From Candidatus Methylomirabilia bacterium (GTDB lineage: Bacteria > Methylomirabilota > Methylomirabilia > Rokubacteriales > CSP1-6): DNA of 33,163 nt. The stretch is taken from NCBI GenBank assembly GCA_041492755.1, contig JBGPXN010000037.1:1-33163 (forward strand), given 5' to 3'. The translations under genes and the position numbers were made by a program. Under the pieces are notes generated by a model. The model was not told the origin of the DNA and made no database searches. It was given only the letters and a program-made list of their open reading frames with translations. Below, piece by piece: positions 28,241 through 33,163 of the stretch; positions within the stretch are counted from its first letter, which is position 1, and each line of letters starts with the position of its first letter.

Positions 28241-29295
28241 AGCCGGAGCTGCGCGAGCACCGCGTCGATCGTCGGCGGCACCGTCGTGGGTCGGGACGAG
28301 GACTCGAGCGCGGTGTCGGGATCCTTGAGCCCGTGCCCGGTCAGCGTGAGCACGAGGGTCGCGCCGGGCTCGAACCGTCCGGCCTTCACGTTCTTGATGA
28401 GCCCGGCGACCGTCGCCGCGGACGCCGGCTCCATGAAGATGCCCTCTTCGCGGGCGAGCAGCCGGTAGGACTGGAGGATCTCCTCGTCGGTGACGATGTC
28501 GATCCAGCCGGCGGAGTCTTTCAGCGCTTCGCTGGCGAGCCCCCAGCTCGCGGGGTTGCCGATCTTGATCGCCGTCGCCACCGTGCGCGGCTCGTCGATC
28601 ACGCGGTTCTCGTAGATCGGCGCCGCGCCCGCGGCCTGGAAGCCCACCATCTTCGGCAGGTCCTTCATCCGGCCCGCCCGGTGGTATTCCCGGTAGCCGC
28701 GCCAGTACGCCGTGATGTTGCCCGCGTTGCCCACGGGGATCAGGTGGTAGTCCGGCGCGCGGCCGAGCTGGTCCACCACCTCGAAGGCGCCCGTCTTCTG
28801 TCCTTCGAGCCGGAACGGGTTGACGGAGTTCACGAGCGTGATGGGATGGGACTCCGCGATCTGCCGCACGATGGCGAGCGCCTGGTCGAAGTTGCCGTCG
28901 ACGACCAGCACGCGCGCGCCGTGGATGGCCGCCTGCGAGAGCTTGCCGAGCGCGATGGCGCCCTTGGGCACCATCACGAACGCCTTGATGCCGGCGCGGG
29001 CCGCGAAGGCGGCGGCGGACGCCGACGTGTTGCCGGTGGAGGCGCAGATGACGGCGCGGGAGCCGCTCTCGAGGGCCTTCGACACCGCGAGCGTCATGCC
29101 GCGGTCCTTGAAGGAGCCGGTCGGATTGAAGCCCTCGCACTTGAGGTAGATCTTCAGGCTGGGATCGGTCGTCTCGGCCAGCCGCGGCGCGGGGAGGAGG
29201 GGCGTGTTGCCCTCGAGGAGCGTGACGATGGGCGTGCGGTCCGTCACGGGCAGGAACTCCCGATACTGCTCGATGATCCCCGGCCACGCGGGCAT
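28237..29295 (-). CDS. thrC: Threonine synthase
   Basis: ATG at 29295; EGNTPL, KCEGFNPTGSFKDRG, ASTGNTSAS, NSVNP.R.EGQKT, PVGNAGN, TGHGLKDP. Confidence 0.96.
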   Translation of the reverse strand: MPAWPGIIEQYREFLPVTDRTPIVTLLEGNTPLLPAPRLAETTDPSLKIYLKCEGFNPTGSFKDRGMTLAVSKALESGSRAVICASTGNTSASAAAFAARAGIKAFVMVPKGAIALGKLSQAAIHGARVLVVDGNFDQALAIVRQIAESHPITLVNSVNPFRLEGQKTGAFEVVDQLGRAPDYHLIPVGNAGNITAYWRGYREYHRAGRMKDLPKMVGFQAAGAAPIYENRVIDEPRTVATAIKIGNPASWGLASEALKDSAGWIDIVTDEEILQSYRLLAREEGIFMEPASAATVAGLIKNVKAGRFEPGATLVLTLTGHGLKDPDTALESSSRPTTVPPTIDAVLAQLRL

Positions 29296-30608
29296 CAGGG
29301 CGCCCCTTCGACCCGGATCATCGTCGTGGCCGTCGCCACGTCGGGCAGGCGGTCGATGGCGGCCAGCGCGGCGCGCATGTCCCGTTCGCTCGCCTCGTGG
29401 GTCATCATCACCACCGGCACCGCCTCGCTCGCCGCGCGCTCCTTTTGCAGAAGCGAGGCGATCGAGATGTCGTGCTCGCCCAGGATGCCGGCGACCCTGG
29501 ACAGCACGCCCGGGCGGTCTTGCGCCATCACCCGGAGATAGTACGAACAACGGATGGTCTCGATCCGGCTGAGCCGCGGCGCCGCCGGCCCCGCCGACGG
29601 CATCTCCATCCCGAGCGAGGGGATGTCGTGGGCGATACGCCGCGCGATCTCGAGCGCATCCGACCACACCGCGGAGGCCGTCGGCAGCTGGCCCGCCCCC
29701 CGCCCGTAGAACATGAGGTCGCCGACGGCGTCGCCGGTGATGAAGATCGCGTTGAACACGCCCGACACCGCGGCCAGCGGGGAGGCGGCCGGGATCATCG
29801 TCGGATGCACGCGGACTTCAACGCCGCCGTCGCGGGTCGCCTTCGCGATCGCGAGGAGCTTGATGCGATAGCCGAGCTCGCGCGCGTACGCGATGTCGAG
29901 CGCGGTCACGCGCGTGATGCCCTCGGTGTGGATGTCCTTGAGGTCGATGAACGTTCGGAACGCGAGGGACACGAGGATCTGGAGCTTGTGGGCGGAGTCG
30001 AGTCCCTCGATGTCGAAGGTCGGATCCGCCTCCGCGTAGCCCTGGGCCTGGGCCTCCTTGAGGACCAGGGAGAAGTCCAGGTTCTCATTGGTCATCTTCG
30101 TCAGGATGTAATTCGACGTCCCGTTGACGATGCCGAACACGGACAGGATGCGGTTGGCGACGAGGCCGTCCTTCAGGGCGCGGATCAACGGGATGCCGCC
30201 CGCCACCGCCGCCTCGAACGCGAGGGTCACGCCGTGCCGGCGCGCCTCGTCGTAGAGCTCGGCGCCGTGGTGGGCGAGCAGGTGCTTGTTCGCGGTGACC
30301 ACGTGCTTCCCGGCGCCCAGCGATTTCAAGATGAACGAGCGCGCGGGCTCGAGGCCGCCGATGAGCTCGATGACGATATGAATGGACGGATCGTCGATCA
30401 CCGTGCGCGCGTCGCCGGTGAGCGGCAGCCGGCGGAGGTCCAGGCCCTCGCGCGGGCGGGTGAGATCGGCGTCGGCCACGGCGGCGAGGGTGAGCCGGCA
30501 GCCGGCGCGCTCTTCCAGGTTCGCGCGCTGGCTGTCGAGAAGCTTCACGACCCCGGCGCCGACGGTGCCGAGGCCGAGCAGGCCGATGCGGACCTCGTTC
30601 ACGGGCAT
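29295..30608 (-). CDS. hom: Homoserine dehydrogenase with ACT domain
   Basis: GLGTVG, VVTANK, EAAVAGGIP, GIVNGTSNYIL, GYAEADP..D, GRGAG..PTASAV, DRPGVL. Confidence 0.97.
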   Translation of the reverse strand: MPVNEVRIGLLGLGTVGAGVVKLLDSQRANLEERAGCRLTLAAVADADLTRPREGLDLRRLPLTGDARTVIDDPSIHIVIELIGGLEPARSFILKSLGAGKHVVTANKHLLAHHGAELYDEARRHGVTLAFEAAVAGGIPLIRALKDGLVANRILSVFGIVNGTSNYILTKMTNENLDFSLVLKEAQAQGYAEADPTFDIEGLDSAHKLQILVSLAFRTFIDLKDIHTEGITRVTALDIAYARELGYRIKLLAIAKATRDGGVEVRVHPTMIPAASPLAAVSGVFNAIFITGDAVGDLMFYGRGAGQLPTASAVWSDALEIARRIAHDIPSLGMEMPSAGPAAPRLSRIETIRCSYYLRVMAQDRPGVLSRVAGILGEHDISIASLLQKERAASEAVPVVMMTHEASERDMRAALAAIDRLPDVATATTMIRVEGAP

Positions 30609-30642
30609 GGTGCGCCGTTCGCGATCACCGGACGTGCCCGGG

Positions 30643-31812
30643 TTATCGCTGGACCTGCCGGAGGCCGCGCAGCGCCTGACGGATCCGCTGCTCGTTCTCG
30701 ACGAGCGCGAAGCGCACGTAGCCCTCGCCGTAGTCGCCGAAGCCGATGCCGGGGGAGACGGCGACCTTCGCCTCCTGGATGAGGAGCTTGGAGAACTCCA
30801 GCGAGCCGAGCTTGCGGAACGTCTCGGGGATCGGCGCCCACACGAACATCGTGCCCTGTGGCTTGGCCACGTCCCAGCCGATCTTGTTGAGCCCGTCCAC
30901 GAGCACGTCGCGACGCTTTCGATGCACCTCGACGATGTCCTTCACGACCTTCTGATCGCCCTCCAGGGCCACGATGCCGGCGATCTGGATGGGCTGGAAC
31001 GCGCCATAGTCGAGGTAGGACTTGATCCGGGCCAGCGCGTGGATCATGCGCGCGTTGCCGCACACGAAGCCGAGTCGCCAGCCCGGCATGTTGTAGGACT
31101 TGGACGTCGAGAACACCTCGACGCCGACGTCCCGGGCGCCGGGAACGGACAGGAAGGAGGGCGGCTCGTACCCGTCGAAGGCGAAGTCCGCGTACGCGAA
31201 GTCGTGCACCACCATGAGCCGATGCTCGCGCGCGAAGTCGACGATCCGTTCGAAGAAGGCGCGGTCCACGCACATCGTCGTGGGATTGTGCGGGAAGGAG
31301 AGGATGAGCATCTTGGCCTTCGGCCAGGCCAGCTTCGCCGTCTCCTCGAGGCGCGCAAAAAAATCGCCGTCAGGCGTGAGCGGGACCGACCGGAGATCGC
31401 CGTCCGCGATGACGACCGAGTACGCGTGGATGGGATAGGTCGGGTTCGGAACGAGCACGCCATCGCCCGGCTGGAGCACGGCGAGGGCGAGGTGGGCGAT
31501 ACCTTCCTTCGCCCCGATCGTCGCGATCACTTCCGAGTCCGCGTCGAGCGCGACGCCGTAGCGGTCCTTGTACCACTTCGTCATGGCGACCCGGAGCCGC
31601 GTGATACCGCGCGAGGCCGAGTACCGGTGGTTCTTCGGGTTGGAGGCGGCTTCGATCAGCTTGGCCACGATGTGCTTCGGCGTCCCGAGATCGGGATTGC
31701 CCATGCCGAGGTCGATGACGTCTTCACCGCGCGCGCGCGCCTTCGCTTTGAGGTCGTTGACGATCGCGAACACGTACGGAGGCAGGCGTTTGATGCGATA
31801 GAAGTCGTCCAT
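30643..31812 (-). CDS. PLP-dependent class I/II aminotransferase, AlaC/YfdZ-like
   Basis: [50 protein letters not shown]; typical position upstream of hom. Confidence 0.9.
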   Translation of the reverse strand: MDDFYRIKRLPPYVFAIVNDLKAKARARGEDVIDLGMGNPDLGTPKHIVAKLIEAASNPKNHRYSASRGITRLRVAMTKWYKDRYGVALDADSEVIATIGAKEGIAHLALAVLQPGDGVLVPNPTYPIHAYSVVIADGDLRSVPLTPDGDFFARLEETAKLAWPKAKMLILSFPHNPTTMCVDRAFFERIVDFAREHRLMVVHDFAYADFAFDGYEPPSFLSVPGARDVGVEVFSTSKSYNMPGWRLGFVCGNARMIHALARIKSYLDYGAFQPIQIAGIVALEGDQKVVKDIVEVHRKRRDVLVDGLNKIGWDVAKPQGTMFVWAPIPETFRKLGSLEFSKLLIQEAKVAVSPGIGFGDYGEGYVRFALVENEQRIRQALRGLRQVQR

Positions 31813-31834
31813 CCGTCTTTCCTCAATTCACGCG

Positions 31835-31864
31835 ATCATACGTTGCGGTATCGAAAAGTGTCAA
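31835..31864 (-). promoter_or_regulatory. Sigma70-type promoter (TTGACA-N18-TATGAT) for the aminotransferase-hom-thrC operon
   Basis: Minus strand TTGACA at 31864-31859 and TATGAT at 31840-31835; GAGG RBS before ATG 31812. Confidence 0.75.
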
Positions 31865-32173
31865 CGAATCGAGATTCCACGCTGAGTTACGAAGCGCGAC
31901 CCCTCCAGTCAGTGACGGTGGTCGACCGCGTCGAGCCAGTGACGATGTCGACCATCGTGTGCCGGAGTGGCAGCCGGGCAACTCGCTAACTTGTTGAATT
32001 GCATCGCGACGGCTTTCGGCACGGCGTTTGTACACGAGCGTCGGTGTCGTGGCGACGGCGTGCAGATCATCCGAATCCCGGGTTGACACCGTCGACGAGC
32101 CAATGCTTGAATGCCGCTGGCTTTGGCCGTGCGGCTGGCAGACCCGACGGACCCTGAGGGGGAGAGCTAGCGT

Positions 32174-33055
32174 TTGAACCATCGGAAGCGGTTCAGCCTG
32201 CTGGTCGTTCGAGGTGATGGTGTCAGGGTTGTCCGGCTCAACTTCTCTCGACGGCTGATCGTAGGTTCTGGCATCGCGCTCGTCGCTCTGGTCTCGGCCC
32301 TGGGCGTCCTCACCGGCGACTGGTGGCAGGCCCGCCAGCGCATCCGCGACTCCGCCACGCTCTTCCAGCAGCTCGACCATCAGCGCGCCGTCATCGGCGG
32401 CTTCAACACGCGCGTCGCCGAGCTGCGCCAGGAGGTCGCCAGCTGGCGGGAGCTGCACGCGAAGATCTGGGAGCCGTTCGGGCCGGACATGGCGCCGAAG
32501 GGGGCGGGGACCGGCATCGGTGGGCGCACGGTTCCGGCGGAAACGAAGGGCGGTCGGCCGTCCCCGATGGACGAGTTGAATCGCCTGGCGGAGAGCGTCG
32601 TCGAGGAAGGTCACAGCCTTCGTGCGCTGGAGCGTCTCATCAGCAAGGCCGGCAAGGCGCTCGCGTCGCTGCCGTCTCGCTGGCCCGTGCGGGCCGCGGT
32701 GAACTCCGAGTACGGAAGTCGCCAATCGCCGTGGACGAAGGAGCGGGAGTTCCACGGCGGCATGGACATCGCGGCCGGGAGCGGGACGAGCGTGCGAGCG
32801 CCGTCGACCGGGACCGTGGTCTTCGCAGGCGCTCAGGCCGAATACGGACAAACCGTGATTCTCGAGCATGGGCCGGACATCAAGACGGTGTACGGCCACC
32901 TCAGCAAGGTCCTCGTCAGCGTTGGCCAGCGGGTCGAGCGCGGCACTGAGCTGGGGCTGAGCGGCAACACCGGTCGCTCGTCAGGACCGCACCTGCACTA
33001 CGAGATCCTCGTCAAGGGGCAGGCGGTCAACCCACGGGCTTACCTCTGGGACTAG
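32174..33055 (+). CDS. M23-family metallopeptidase with N-terminal TM and coiled coil
   Basis: HGGMD (HxxxD), YGHLS, GNTGRSSGPHLHYE (HxH), VNP; TTG start after a GAGGGGGAG RBS. Confidence 0.93.
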   Translation: MNHRKRFSLLVVRGDGVRVVRLNFSRRLIVGSGIALVALVSALGVLTGDWWQARQRIRDSATLFQQLDHQRAVIGGFNTRVAELRQEVASWRELHAKIWEPFGPDMAPKGAGTGIGGRTVPAETKGGRPSPMDELNRLAESVVEEGHSLRALERLISKAGKALASLPSRWPVRAAVNSEYGSRQSPWTKEREFHGGMDIAAGSGTSVRAPSTGTVVFAGAQAEYGQTVILEHGPDIKTVYGHLSKVLVSVGQRVERGTELGLSGNTGRSSGPHLHYEILVKGQAVNPRAYLWD

Positions 33056-33064
33056 CCGCGGGCC

Positions 33065-33163
33065 GCTGAAAACGGCGCATCTGCGTCGTTGACTCGTCGC
33101 TCCTCCCTGCGACGTGGCCCGGCCACGTCTCAGTCGTCGCTCCTCGTCGCCTCGCATCTGCAC
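33065..33163. repeat. Third REP/MITE-like element, truncated by the window end
   Basis: Central palindrome GACGTGGCC-C-GGCCACGTC (33111-33129); direct repeats TCGTCGCTCCTC (33094, 33134) and CGCATCTGC (33076, 33153). Confidence 0.55.

Noticed and set aside
27260..29667. 675-aa flippase fusion and 476-aa extended ThrC
   Set aside because: The upstream parts overlap thrC and hom in other frames and are Arg/Pro/Gly-rich noise.
30643..31812. Calling this aminotransferase a second dapL
   Set aside because: Motifs and position upstream of hom fit the AlaC/YfdZ-like group, and a typical DapL is at 21749-22984. Substrate cannot be fixed from sequence alone.

Overview
A very GC-rich bacterial chromosome segment made of core genes. 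Gene order and repeat style suggest Rokubacteria/Methylomirabilota or a related diderm lineage, which is an inference. From left to right: (i) the 5' part of a secreted-protein gene on the minus strand. (ii) An ~11 kb plus-strand surface-glycan locus with two SAM methyltransferases, a divergent MurJ-like flippase, four GT4s, a WcaJ-type initiating transferase, an O-antigen-ligase-like protein and a GT2. (iii) A minus-strand run: mltG, plsC-like, argH, FN3 lipoprotein, dapA, dapB, folB, folK, ECF sigma, anti-sigma. (iv) A stand-alone, divergent RNA polymerase alpha-subunit gene outside any ribosomal-protein operon. (v) A minus-strand run: alaC-like aminotransferase, hom, thrC, flippase-like protein, lysC, a short ORF, comEA, comEC, dapL. 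(vi) An M23 peptidase. The most notable observations are the orphan rpoA paralog (intact alpha-CTD, remodelled beta'-contact loop) and a family of structured intergenic repeats. These form exact 84-bp tandem trimers, two of which face each other as inverted repeats around dapA plus the lipoprotein gene, and one is flanked by a 20-bp duplication that recreates a start codon. Also notable are a ComEC whose metallo-beta-lactamase domain has lost its metal ligands, a probable cimA relic, a likely CTG start and several apparently leaderless genes. No CRISPR, tRNA, rRNA, transposase or integrase was found.
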